This document shows, piece after piece, positions 14,484 to 26,601 of a stretch of DNA of 64,000 bases. Within the stretch, counting starts at the first letter, position 1. Each line of letters starts with the position of its first letter. Source of the stretch: Octopus vulgaris. Lineage: Eukaryota. The DNA lies in the NCBI GenBank assembly GCA_951406725.2, contig OX597818.1, positions 44,330,001-44,394,000 on the forward strand. Direction: 5' to 3'. Made by a program: the position numbers and the translations under genes. The notes beneath the pieces were generated by a model. The model worked only from the letters and a program-made list of their open reading frames with translations, did not search any database and was not told the origin of the DNA.

Positions 14484-14575
14484 ACAGCTGAAGAGAGCTT
14501 TAAACCATCTGTTATGTCGATTATATATTGATGTACGAATAAGTTGTTTTATAAAGCTTGAAACACGTGTACCGC
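14484..14575 (+). ncRNA. Type I hammerhead ribozyme motif (right arm)
   Basis: acag CUGAAGA GAGCUUUA...UAAAGCUU GAAAC ACGU GUA ccgc. Helix III is the palindrome ACACGUGU. Confidence 0.75.
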
Positions 14576-14624
14576 GACATCCTTTGTGTTCTGTTTTTTT
14601 ATTTCATTTGATATGTATATTCTT

Positions 14625-14765
14625 CAGTTAGATGAAGGTGAGCAAGCTGAAACTTCGAAGTCACTATCAACCTTTTCTTTGTAAAAATGTAATAAATATG
14701 TACTCCACTAACAAGTATTAAGTAGTCCTTCAGTTTAATGTTAAATTGTTTGTTTTTTTAAATAT
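14625..14765 (+). mobile_element. Penelope-like 3' end with degenerate hammerhead (14625-14666)
   Basis: cagu uaGAUGA ... GAAAC UUCGAA GUC acua, with palindrome ACUUCGAAGU. Colinear with 20456-20600. Confidence 0.6.
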
Positions 14766-14819
14766 AACTTGACACAAAAGGTAAACATTAATATTTATAG
14801 ATAAATGATATTAAGAAGA

Positions 14820-14926
14820 GAATCCATGCCAAAACAGACTTTTGAGCTCAATGCAGTCATCGGGCTTGTTGGATCCTATCAAACCATCCAACCTATGTTA
14901 GCATGAAAGATGGATGTTAAATGATA
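14820..14926 (+). mobile_element. RTE-type 3' terminal fragment
   Basis: tcaaaccatccaacctatgttagcatgaaagatggatgttaaatgat. Confidence 0.6.
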
Positions 14927-15504
14927 AATTGTCTTCTGAGTGAAGCTACTGTAGGAGAAATACTTGGCTAAGAGTAAACTATATTTCCTGTTATTCATGG
15001 ATTTGGAGGAACTGTTTGATAGGGTATCACATTCAGTAATTTGGTGTCACTAAGGAAACTAATGAAGGATGGTTTGTGAAGGTACGAATATATTATATAT
15101 TCACATACATATCTATATATGAATATATACTAACACATATATTATTCATATACGTATTTGTATATGACTATATAATATACATGTGGTTTTATATATCCTA
15201 TTTTTCTTGTTTGTACCACTAAACCTATTGATGTTTATATGTATATGCATACATAGTTTGTATGTGATTGTATGTATAGATTTATATAGACATATATATT
15301 ATGTGTGTGTATATTTATATATATATATAAAGATTTAGTTAACAGGACATATTCGATAAGATATTTTGTGTTTTTGTTTTAAGATACATTGTTGAATTTT
15401 GTTTGATTTTTTTTTTTGAAAAATTACATATTTTTATATATATTTATATTTTCTTATAAGATAATATACATACATTTATTTAATTATTTTATCGTTTTTA
15501 TCTT

Positions 15505-15587
15505 GGACCTGATGAGTGACTATATTTAAATTGAATTGATTTTATTGTTATCAATTTGAAAATACAGCCACATAACACGTATAGTCT
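15505..15587 (+). ncRNA. Degenerate hammerhead motif with long helix II
   Basis: ggac CUGAUGA GUGACUAUAUUU...AAAUACAGCCAC auAAC ACGU AUA gucu. The GAAA box is mutated. Confidence 0.6.
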
Positions 15588-15749
15588 ATTTACTAATTCT
15601 ATACTATTTATTCATTATTTCGTACTTTATTTAGTTCTAGGTAAATGTTTTACTCTATCTTTAATTTTTTTCTATATGGTATGATTTAAGTATATCATTG
15701 CTGAATTTCTACATGGTGGTTCTTCTCTAATTTATATATATATATATAT

Positions 15750-16130
15750 GTTTTGAAGAAGATTGTTGTGTAAGGCCATGACAATGTGAAAAGGTACATG
15801 GTAAACTACAAAAAGAAAAGAAAACAGAACAAATAGTTTTACTGTGTATTTCCATATTTCAAAGTGAAGACTCCTTCTTCAGGACATTTGGAAATAGCAA
15901 ATAGTTGGAAAAGGTAGTTGCTCAGATGTGTGGGGGGGGGGGGAGAGAGGAAGAAGGTGACATGTGCAGGCTGGTGTTTATAAGTAGGGCTTCCATAATT
16001 CTGAAATTGTCCCTTTTATGTTGGGTTGCTCTGATGGAAACTGTAAAATTCTGGGTAACTTTTTGCATTGTTCTGGCCTTACACAACAACATTCTTGAAA
16101 GTTATACTTCATAATGCTTCACCAAAACTA
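15750..16130 (-). mobile_element. Penelope-like element relic (GIY-YIG C-terminus and degenerate hammerhead)
   Basis: Minus strand reads NFTVSIRATQHKRDNFRIMEALLI, resembling the R-x-x-EALLI-K-x-x-x-P end of PLE GIY-YIG domains. It is followed by CUGAAGA-AGGAGUcuucACUUU-GAAA at 15857-15882. Confidence 0.55.
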
Positions 16131-16991
16131 CCTAATTTTAATATATACATATATATACATATATATATATATGAACTTATGTGTATGTTTCTCTCTATAT
16201 AGATCATGATGTAGTGGTACTGAATTACAAGGTTGTAACAGAAATTATAGTTGCACATGTATATATCAGTTCAGCTCTTGGTATGTATGCACATAAATAG
16301 TAATGTCTCCTCTTATTTACAATAGATAATACTTAAGAAATAAAGATATTTCCTTTTATGTCACTAAAATATTCTATCAAACCACACTTAGTATACAATC
16401 ATAATGCCCTACTTATAAGGTGAACTAAAAAAATGTATAGGAAACTTGGAAAAACCAGAAAAATGTTACAGTGTGTTTAAGACAACTGAGCCAAAACACT
16501 GACATCACTGTTAACCATTTCTTTGTTGAAATATAAAAGACATACAAAAATGCATATATAATTATTAGTTTGGTGCTCAGAGAAATGGGAAGAGTTAATT
16601 GTTATAGTGTTTAGATATTGCCCTTTTTCAGTTAGGAAGAAAGAAGAGAAACAAGAAAAGTGAATTCTTGGTGAAAATGCCATACAGATTTGTCCATTGA
16701 CTGACTGGAAGTTGGATGGAGAGCAAATGCAGGGAGAGGTATTTCTTCATGTTTGTGTTAGTTTGTGTAGGATGTAGAAGAGTAGTAGTTTGTGCGTGCT
16801 TAGTTCTTGGTGTGTTGTGTGTTACTGCATGTGTATGTATGTGTGGATGCAGTAACATGTGTGTCTCTCGCTGTCACATAGTATTATGAATGAGTGTTCT
16901 TTATGCACTGGTCATTGGCTGAATGAAAGTTGGATGAAGAATATAAAAGCAGGGCATGTGTGTATATGAGTTAGTAAAAGTTGTGAAAAAG

Positions 16992-17475
16992 TACCGTAAA
17001 TCCTCGAGTATAGTCTGCTCTTGAGTATAATACGCAGAGGATTTTTAGGCGGCTGTACCTCTGAAAAACCTAAACCTTGTGTATAATACACACCCCTTCT
17101 CTAACTTGAATCAAGGAGGTCTATATAACATCCTTGGTTTATAAAACTGTATACAGTAACGTCCTTTATTATTATTGTATATACAACATAATGCAAACGT
17201 GTAGCTTTTTTGTGCATTTTGTTTGCAGAAAATAAAGAAATAACAGTAATGACGTTTAATAAATGTTGCTAACTGCAAGTTATGGATGATTTAAGCTATT
17301 TTTGCGCCCGACTTCACAAAATGCGTCTGAATAAACATTGCCGGACAGCAAATAGAGACTCGAACATTGCTTAGAAAATTATTTTCATTTTTAACCTCGT
17401 ATGTAGTACGCACTAGGGATTTTGACCTTCAAATTTGGGGGGAAAAATGTGGATTATACTCGAAAATTTATGGTG
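16992..17475. mobile_element. Non-autonomous pogo/Tigger-type (Tc1/mariner superfamily) MITE
   Basis: TA|CCGTAAATCCTCGAGTATA ... TTATACTCGAAAATTTATGG|TG imperfect TIRs, with subterminal gtataatac repeats. Confidence 0.7.
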
Positions 17476-17792
17476 TTTTGGTTTGAGTAATGTGTTTTGC
17501 ATGTGTATATCTGTTTTATGAACACACAAATGTGGCTGTTATATTGTAATGTGAGAGTGTGTGTGTGTGTGTTCAAGTACATGAGGATGTTGCTTTCCTG
17601 AGTGTAGTCAATGTGTGTATGTGTGTGTGTATATGCACTCATGTGAAAGTTCATGTGTATGTGAACAGGAGAGTGTAGAAGAAGGGGTTAAGGTTTGTGT
17701 ATGTGTGTGAATGCAGTGTATGCATCAAAGAAGCTGTTAGAGAAGGACGGGTGGCGAATTGAGGCTTAAAGGTTCTGAGGGTAAAATAAAAT

Positions 17793-17843
17793 GATTTTCA
17801 TATATGTGTGTGTGTGTAGAGAGAGAGAGAGATTTCATATATA

Positions 17844-17875
<32 letters not shown>

Positions 17876-17920
17876 CTTCATATATATGTGTGTGTAGAGA
17901 GAGAGAAAGAGAGAGAGAGA
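17793..17920. repeat. Three tandem copies of compound unit ttca(TA)n(TG)n ta(GA)n
   Basis: Direct reading. Confidence 0.9.
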
Positions 17921-19250
17921 TGCATGCTGTAAGTCCTAAATCATAATGTAATCACCTCAATGCAAGTGAGAGGGAAAATGGTAGAAAATATCAATCACAT
18001 GATGAGATTTGAGCCAAACTGACGCAGGCAAATCTTAGGTTAACGTATATAAGACACAAAATCTATGGATTGTGCTTGAGTGGTTAATATGCTATTTCAG
18101 TTACATATGCTTAAGAATATCAATAGCACTGACTACAATGTTGAGTAATGTTAAGGCTAAATTTTAAATTCAGTTGGATTAGAGAAATAAGAAATATTCT
18201 TAAAATGATCATTACTGTATCAGTGATCTTAAATAATAGAGTTTCTCCCAAATTAAGTTAATTTGGAATGTAATTTCTGAAATAGTTATAACAATTATTA
18301 AATAAAAACAACTTGATTCCTTGTTATCATTTTTATCATTCATTGTAAACCATAAGAAGTTAGGAGGTATAAGAGGTGAATACATTTAACTACTTGTCAT
18401 TCTTAGGATTACAGCCCTTTTGCAGCCTTCTTCATGTAATAATAATTTCAGTGTATAATAAATTATGTTCAACTGGCTGCAGTAATATGCGTGCTATGCA
18501 TTATATAATACAGTTGTATATTCACAAATCAATGCAGATAAAGATAGCTACATGATTCTATGAATCCACTACAAATTTTTACACACACACATACACACAC
18601 ACACATAATAAGTTATCAAAGAAAGAAGAAAGGAAAACAGGAATGCATTTTAGTCGTGAAGACTTATTAGTTGTGAATAATGGTTTCATATAGTAGAAAA
18701 ATTCAATAAGTTAAACCTTACAACTGCAAATTTTTATACAAACAGCAAAGTTTCCAGGAATGAGATGTTCAAACTTAGGTATTACAAACTATAAATTAGC
18801 ATTCATTTTTACAAAACTAGTTCAGTTTGAAAATATATAATGAAAACTCACAATTAGTTAAAGCCATAACAGATTTATGGAGTTAAGTGACAGTGAAGAA
18901 ACTTTGCTGTTTGATCATTACATAGTTTTTCTTTTAAACTTGAGCACGAAAAGTCATGCGTCAAAGTTTGATATGATATAACTTGCCTATGCAGTTCTAC
19001 AATGACTATGATGGTTATTACTGTAAGAGTGCTCTAGTATAGCCTTGGCTGTGATGTCTACAACAAACTAAAGAACAACATAGCAAAACTGCAAAAAAAG
19101 TAAATTACATCTACAAAAAATGAAGAGCAAAGATACACACACACACATGCATGCATGTGCATATGTGTGTGTGTATACACATTTATGTATGTGTGCATGT
19201 ACATAAACATTTATGTATGTGTGCATATAGATATACATATGTATATATTT

Positions 19251-20600
19251 TTATTATACTTAAACAAGAATATTATTGACAGTGATTCTGGAGTCTTGAC
19301 CAGTTAAACCGTCATTGGACTGCAATACATTGAAGTTAATCTCGGCTTTATGTAGCCTCTGTTGAGTAAAAATCTTCCTTGGGTACATGGGTTTGAGTGG
19401 AGTGGTAATTAGGTTATGGAGAAGTATTTTGGAGAAATTTTTATTGATTAAATTTGGGGGTTATATCATTGTTTAGAATTTATTCATGCACGAAGAACTT
19501 TGTAAGCAGGTGTGAATATTTAGGTGTGTCTCTTTTGTTAGATAAATATAAGATGTATCCTTGTGTCACTAGTTTTTGATTTTATTAGATTTGATCCCTT
19601 GCTTCGACATTGCATAGTCTAGTGTATAAAAACTTAGTAATTGGGTATGTCAATTATTTTGTAACAGAATTTTCTTTCAGGGGTTCACAAAAGAATGTAA
19701 ATAGTTGGTATGTTTTAGCTGGTCAGTTTCTTTACCTATTGTTGTTATTATTTAAGGTATTTCCTGTTTTTATTTGGAAGGTGGGGGTTATTAGTCAGGC
19801 ATGTCCCGGTGTTGTTAGTGTAGAAGTTTGTTTATGTTATGCCTTGATTTTCACAAAAGGATGTTTGTGTGTTTCTCCCTAGGTGTTCACTGTTTTATAA
19901 GCAGTTTGGTTAGTATGTAGAAATTTGAATCTTTGTGTTTTATGGAGGTAGAGTTTGTAGCTATGAGTTTATAAATATTTTTTCAATTCTTTTTCAAATG
20001 TGTTTATTTTATAATATATCATTTTAGGCCTCTATATGTGAAAGCGGGGCATTATAAAAGGTGTGTATATGTTCATGTATAAAAATGGAAACAAAATTTA
20101 ATTAAAAAAAAAATCCATTACAAAATGTTGACACACCCAAAGACTAAGTTTTTAAATGCGAGACTAAAATTTGCAGCTTTGATCTTTACAATGTCAAAGC
20201 AAAGAAAATCCAATAAAACCATAAACTACTGGCATATCCTAAATATCTACATTGCTTACAAAGTTCTATATACATGAATAAATTCTATACAATAACATAA
20301 CCACAAATTTAATCAATAAAAATTTCTCCTAAATACCTCTCCATAACAACCCTCCTCACTAAAACCTAATTACCACTCCACTCAAACTCATGCACCAAAG
20401 GAAGAGTTTCACTCAACAGAGACTATATAAAGCCAAGATTAACTTCAATGTATTGGAGTCTGACAATTGCTTAACTGGTTGAAACTTCAAAGTTACTATC
20501 AATATCATTCTTGTTCATGAATAATAAATTTCCTCTCTATAAAAATATAGAGTAACCCCTTAGATTAATGTAAAATTGTTTTTATTATGACTGAAAATAA
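19251..20600. mobile_element. Penelope-like element relic with inverted terminal repeats
   Basis: About 19251-19610 is the inverted homolog of about 20190-20527. Minus strand has broken RLCNVEA...NKRDT...C, similar to the C-x-LC-x-x-E...LNKR...C-x-H end of PLE GIY-YIG domains. Degenerate hammerheads at 19280-19322 (-) and 20456-20498 (+). Confidence 0.7.
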
Positions 20601-20877
20601 AAACAAACATTAATACAATATATGTATATTTATATATAAATGTGTGCATGTGTGTATAATGGGACTTAGAAATGTACCCTAGTCCTGTGTGCATCATTGT
20701 CTGATGTAAGGGGAACTTGAAGAAGAGGTACATTATCATCTCATTTGTTTGATTACTTCATTATGTGCTGTTAGTATATAATTAATTTCTTCCTTTACAA
20801 CAATGATGCTATTGAAATTTCCAGTGAAGTATACACACACATACACACATGTATGATGTTTATTATGGCTGTGTATG

Positions 20878-20879
<2 letters not shown>

Positions 20880-20928
<49 letters not shown>
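20880..20928. repeat. (TA)n microsatellite (one of many in the window)
   Basis: Direct reading. Similar arrays occur near 23040, 32880, 33230, 41236, 43303, 48390, 53435 and elsewhere. Confidence 0.95.
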
Positions 20929-20932
<4 letters not shown>

Positions 20933-21524
20933 AAAATCCACAAACACATACACACATAAATTTAAAGACACGCATATATGTTGTTTATAATGTATGTGCC
21001 ATGTAAAGTGGATATAAAGCTGAACTCCTATACAGTGAAATTTGCTATCCTTCTAAGTACTTCAACCGATATATGTAAAGTAAATCAGACCCTTTTACTG
21101 TGGTTTCTTGTACTAATATTTCTGCTGAATATTTGCCATTCACTTACCAAAGCCAAAGTAACAAATCTGACTATTATAGTCAAATTTGTATTAATTTACT
21201 GTGTGGAAATAGCAAAAAGTAAGTTAGTTAGCATGTATTAATTAAAGAGTACAAAGTAAAACAGAGATAGAAAATTAATTTCAAATTATATTTTTATGGA
21301 ACAGTGAAGTTAGCTATTTCACAGATCCTCACTCTTTCTTTCTTTATATTTTATTCATTTGTTATCTCTCTCTCTCTCTCCATCTCTTCCTTATTTCTTC
21401 CTCTGACTCTTAAACTGAACACACATCTAATATTGCATATAAATATTTGATATGAAAATTAAAAGTTCCTAGATATTGAATAAATTAAATTTATGTTATT
21501 AATAGAAAAAAATACTCCCCAAAT

Positions 21525-22230
21525 CATCCATCCATCATAGCCCACTATTCCTTGGAGGGTTAATGGGGGTAGAGTCCTAGGTACCTCCTCCATAGGGTCC
21601 TACCAGAAGCTACGGTCATTACATTTTCTAGCTGGATTCACAAGTGTGATCAACTGAGACTGGATATTATCCAACCATTTCTTGGTCTACCACTAGGTCT
21701 CCTGTCAATTTGCTTGAAGAATCCATCTTGCATTTTTTTCCTGTGATAAATTTGGAAAGACTCCCTGATCTCTGGGCTATGCACCATGTTGAGTAATGTT
21801 ACTCCTGAGACCCTTTGGAAAAGAGCCTGATCAGCTTGCAATCATACTCTTTTGGTCATTATTCAGCATTCATGAAGAAAGGTGATGCTGGGCATTAAAA
21901 CTGAATTGAAGATAGTGAATTTAGCTTTTTTTATCAAACTCTCTTCTTCCGAGGATCAAATACTGAAGCTGGTGCATATCTGTGCCAACATCTGCAATTC
22001 TAGCTTCTACATCAGCATCCTGCCTTCCATTATTTGTGAATATGGCCTCAAGATGAAAGATGTTTAAACTTCTTCTCAGTCTTTGTAACACTAATTCTTA
22101 TTCCTGCCTCGCAGCGCTCAACAGTGGACCCATTCAGTGTATACTGGAGATAACCTACTGATGAGCCAAGTACCATCATATATCTGCATACAAATCTGCA
22201 CTTTTGTACACATGGTACATTGAGGTGCAA
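21525..22230 (-). mobile_element. RTE-clade LINE, 3' part (RT domain 5 to end)
   Basis: Minus-strand ORF pieces FVCRYMMVLGSSVGYLQYTL...AGIRISVTKTE and QRVSGVTLLNMVHSPEIRE...RPSGRPR. Has a (GATG)n tail. Confidence 0.75.
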
Positions 22231-22860
22231 AAAGTTGCAGCAGAGGCAGTAAAAAAGTCTGTAATTAAGTCATAGGAGAACTTTGAGGTTAAGATGGAAT
22301 CTGGCTTTAGATTGGCCAATAAATTATTCTAGAAGACCATCCACTGACTGCATAAAAAGAAGCTCTCTTCCACACCTGCAATTAAGAACTCATCTGAGGT
22401 TCTTCTCTCTGTAAAGAATAATATCCTTGGGAAGTGGAGAGAATACCTTGCTGCTCTTCTAAATCTGGTCACAATAAAATCATCTGGTGGACACGAGGTG
22501 CATTTTGGAATGAGTACTATCTCACAGAGGCTGAAATTATGGAAGCAATTAAAGCACTCAAATGTTGCAAGGATGCTGGAAAAGATGAAATTCAGCTTGA
22601 GATGTTAAAAACCTTAAATAGAGAAGGTATGCTCTGACTGACTCCCATATGCTAGGTTGCTTAGAGACCCTGAAGCTATGGCAATCCAGGACGATATTCC
22701 CAATTTTTGAAAAGAGAGACAAGAGAGAGAGCGCTAATTATAGATGAATTGTTGAATTTCCTGGATAAAGTCCACACAAGGTGTCTGGAAAAGAGATGTG
22801 GGAAATTGTTGATCCCAAGCTTGCTGAAGAACAGAATGGTTTTTGCCTTAGATGCAACCC
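22231..22860 (+). mobile_element. RTE-clade LINE, upstream RT part in inverted orientation
   Basis: LTEAEIMEAIKALKCCKDAGKDEIQLEMLK ... ANYR ... VDPKLAEEQNGF correspond to RT domains 0-2. Confidence 0.8.
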
Positions 22861-23036
22861 CGAAAATCAAGCAAACTATAATTATTACAAAAAAACCCCC
22901 CAAAAAACCTCCAAAACAAGGAGAATAAACATAACAAATCAATACAGAACAACCATTAACAATTATTAGTAAATTTCATGTATTAGTTATATAAATAGGA
23001 AAAACCCTAAAGACAGTGGCATATGTAGATGAAATT

Positions 23037-23078
<42 letters not shown>

Positions 23079-23825
23079 TTAAATCCATTGAAAATCCTGC
23101 TATAGAATGTCATCCATATATATAGGCAAGAGATTTTATCTAATATTGCAGAATTTCCATTAGTCTTATTTTAATAGTCATATAAATAAAGTTATCATTT
23201 TAGCAATTAATACACTGTTGATTAAGCATTCATTTCTGTTGTCATACTTTGGAAAAAGTTAAAGCTGGCTAAGTGAAAAAGGTCTAGGCTTCCTATCAGA
23301 CACCTCGTATTTTGTCATTAATATTGTGGTGAGTTAATAGTCCAGATACAGAACATTTGCTGAACTGCCCTATTAGTCCATATAGTCCATTATCTTTATC
23401 AGCAGCATCAGTAGATTACGGAAATGTTTTTATTAGCTTGAAGTAGTGAGGCCAAATCCTCTCAAAACTATAAACTGAATATTAATAGGTTTACTACTCT
23501 GGCTGTTTTGAAAAATTGTCCATGAAACCCTCTCCCTCATTTGCGCACGCGCGCACACACACACACACACACACAGTAAGGCTTATTGAACAATAAACAT
23601 GCCACCAGTCTTAAATAATTACAAACAAGCATTTTAAAATTTTTATCTCATTTTCTTATTCACACATCTAAAGGTTAGCTAAAAACTCATGCTTTATCAC
23701 TGAAAACAGATCAATGTTCAATAACAGAAATCAAATAAACAAAGATGTAACATTAAGGTATTAAGGTTTAATGTACCATGTTACATTAACTAGTAACATT
23801 TTTTAAAATATGGGGGCATGCTTGT

Positions 23826-23862
<37 letters not shown>

Positions 23863-23990
23863 TGTATATATGGTGCTTTTGGATAATTTGGAATGTTATG
23901 TAAACAAACAGCTTCTACCTCATTGTGAAAAGTAAATTGTGTAGCTACATTAATTTTTATCTCCTTATGGACAGTAAAAAAGTCAAACTG

Positions 23991-24031
23991 ACTTGACTAG
24001 TTTCTACTCTGCTTAGAGATTCATCAGACAA
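23991..24031 (-). ncRNA. Minimal type I hammerhead motif
   Basis: uugu CUGAUGA auCUCU aagc AGAGua GAAAC UA GUC aagu. Helix III is the palindrome ACUAGU and helix I is weakened. Upstream minus strand reads LKRPELN (GIY-YIG-like end). Confidence 0.65.
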
Positions 24032-24486
24032 AGAATACCCATTTGTTGCTTATCACCTATTTACAGGTTATACAAATTAGGGCTCAGCTAAGCTGGTCAG
24101 TCGGAAAGGGGTTTAACTCTGGTCTCTTCAAATTGTTTTTCTGCATGAGTTTAAAATTTCATGATATTCAGTCTAGTGAGAAATACCAAACATCGGAGAT
24201 ACTATACTATAAAGTGGCACATAAATTGACATCATAGCTTCCAAAAGACATTACCTACATTGATATCAATTACATATCACAACCATGCCAATGGAAGCAT
24301 GTGTTCAATTTGATATCATTTGATATATGCATAAGAAGCTATGTTGAATTTGTTATTGCGTAAGCTTTGTTACAGAGTTTCATCCAAGTGAAACTCAAGG
24401 ACTAGTTTACTGACAGCTATATCATCATATGTAATGAACTCTAGATAGTGTATTAGGCTAACATAGTTCGTAACATAGAAAAGGGT

Positions 24487-24784
24487 TATGTTTGTTCCTT
24501 CTCGAGCCATGCTCATAAGGGCAGGTTTCCCAGTTTCCTTGGCATATAGGTTCCCCACCTGGATGGGACGCTGGTCTGTCACAGGTGAGCTGCAAGATGC
24601 AGGAGGAAAGAGTGAGAGAAAGTTGTGGCGAAAGAGTCAGCAGAAGGTTGCCATTACCTTCTGCTGGAGCCGTGTGGAGCTTAGGTATTTTGCTCATAAA
24701 CACACATCGCCCGGTCTGAGATACGAACCTGTGATCCCTCGACCGTGAGTCCACTGCTCTAACCACTAGGCCATGTGCCTCCAC
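24487..24784 (-). mobile_element. tRNA-derived SINE family B (OR/Ceph-like), tail type 1, with TSD
   Basis: Head GGAGGCACATGGCCTAGTGGTTAGAGCAG...GGTTCGTATCTC. Flanking direct repeat acatagaaaagggt at 24473-24486 and 24783-24796. Confidence 0.9.
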
Positions 24785-25552
24785 ATAGAAAAGGGTACTT
24801 ATACTAAGGCATAACATCACAAAGTTATAGAGTGTGCAGTACTGAATCAAAACTGAAAATGGTGGTCTATGAAAAAGCCCAGGAATAACACCATAGAGAG
24901 CAGCTGATGCTCATAAGACAACCAAGTTTTATGCTTTTGGGTTTATATTTGAATACTTGAACCTTGTACTAAAAGCAGATGGCAACATGTTATTGAATAT
25001 TGTTAAATATTGGGCTAAGTACTTCATCAATACTATTTTCTCACAGCCTTCAATAAACTGTGACAGGTTCTATAAATATTACCAAAGAAAAAAAAGATTA
25101 AATTTTTCAGAAATCAACACTTGAACAGCAACTCACACTGAAACGTTTTGAAATAACATTATGAACTTTAACAAATTTTGAAATTCTACTGTTGTGTGTC
25201 TTATGAATAGCATTGATGAAAAAACATATCAATAAACACGCTAAAAAATAAAAACGACTATAATCATATTATTATAAACATGCATACTTAAGCAAATGTA
25301 TAAATAGATCAGATAGTAAATTATTTAATGTCACAGCATGCAAATTTCTTTGCATGGAAGAATTTCAGTGACATAATTCCATAATGGCAATCTGAGGTAT
25401 GCATGTGCATCAAAATATGTCTAATTTGTGCTATTCTTTCAAACACTATTTTTTGTTCAATATTCGATTTAATATTGAGTTCATGCATGCACATATATAA
25501 TATATAACATCTTATAAACTTCCTGTGTCTATTTGTGTGTGTGTGTGTGTGT

Positions 25553-25858
25553 GTGGAGGTGCAATGGCCCAGTGGCTAGGGCAGCGGACTCGCAGTCGTA
25601 TGATTGTGGTTTCGATTCCCAGACTGGGCGTTGTGAGTGTTTATCGAGCAAAAACACCTAAAAGCTCCACGAAGCTCCGACAGGAGGTGGTGGTGATCCC
25701 TGCTGTACTCTTTCGCCACAACTTTCTCTCACTCTTTCTTCTCTTGACCTGCTCGCTTAGCCAGCGGGGTGGTGCCATTTGAAGGCTAAAACAATGCAAA
25801 GTGCATTGTGACCAGCGATGTGTAGCAACATCTGATAGCCTGGTCGGTCACGGTGATA
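25553..25858 (+). mobile_element. tRNA-derived SINE family B, tail type 2
   Basis: Head GGAGGTGCAATGGCCCAGTGGCTAGGGCAG...GTTTCGATTCCC. Shares ctctttcgccacaactttctctcactcttt with 24487-24784 but has a different 3' tail. Confidence 0.85.
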
Positions 25859-25953
25859 TATATATATATATATATATATATAATGTGTATATATATGTAT
25901 GTATGTATATATATACACACACATATGTGTACATACATGTATGCATACATACA

Positions 25954-26420
25954 TAATCCTCTTCATTAGCATACAGCTGTTTCTGCTATAATAAGCAGTG
26001 CACTCAGAGGTGAGTACTTGTGCATCACCTTATAATTTCCTCAGATACATTCTCTGTATATTTTTTTATGTGCATGTATAATTATATTTATATGTTCATT
26101 ATGCACCAGTATATATGCATATGATTATCTAAATTTACATATTTCTGAGAGTAGCTTCTCTCCCTCAAACTGCATACACCAATGGTTTTGTATTTTTAGT
26201 GTTTCGATGGTTTGCCATATGTTTAAATAGCTTCTCAAATAAACATGCACTTTGTTTTCAAGGCTCCAAGGAAGCTATAAGGTGATGCTGAGGCAATCAT
26301 CTTCGAGTGTACTGCTTCTTATAGCAGAAACAGAGTAAGCTAGTGAAGCTGATTACATAATTCCTGTTCCCTTGTCATTCCAGTAATTCATATTACACTC
26401 TATACTTGCTTATTATTTTA
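25954..26420. mobile_element. Fold-back Penelope-like element with hammerhead motif in both arms
   Basis: 25954-26044 is the inverted homolog of 26266-26355. Consensus is ggcu CUGAGGA A GCUAUAAG...CUUAUAGC A GAAAC AGCU GUA agcu. Solo copy at 33439. Confidence 0.7.
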
Positions 26421-26601
26421 TTCTGAGGCATATGTGTATAGAGTTCTAAAACAGTTTAGTAGTGTCACTATTCTTAAGCGAAATCACAATATATATGTGT
26501 GTGTGTGTGCATGTATGCATGTGTTTGTGTGTATATATATATATATATATACGTTTATTGGCTAAACTGGCAAAATGACCATTCCGAAATATAACTATAT
26601 A

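Larger units (their letters stand above)
14191..14620. mobile_element. Fold-back element (176-bp inverted arms, 78-bp spacer), Penelope-like terminal repeats
   Basis: Arms 14191-14366 and 14445-14620 are reverse complements with scattered mismatches. Each arm holds a hammerhead motif. Confidence 0.85.

Noticed and set aside
17793-17920. Regularly repeated units resembling an array
   Set aside because: This is a compound microsatellite triplication with no unique spacers, so not CRISPR; the context is eukaryotic.
24710-24784. tRNA-like sequence (also 4990-5060 and 25553-25630)
   Set aside because: These are SINE heads with A/B boxes that continue into SINE bodies; no complete cloverleaf.
24458-24850. 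130-aa ORF, among the longest in the track
   Set aside because: It runs through a SINE bounded by a target-site duplication.
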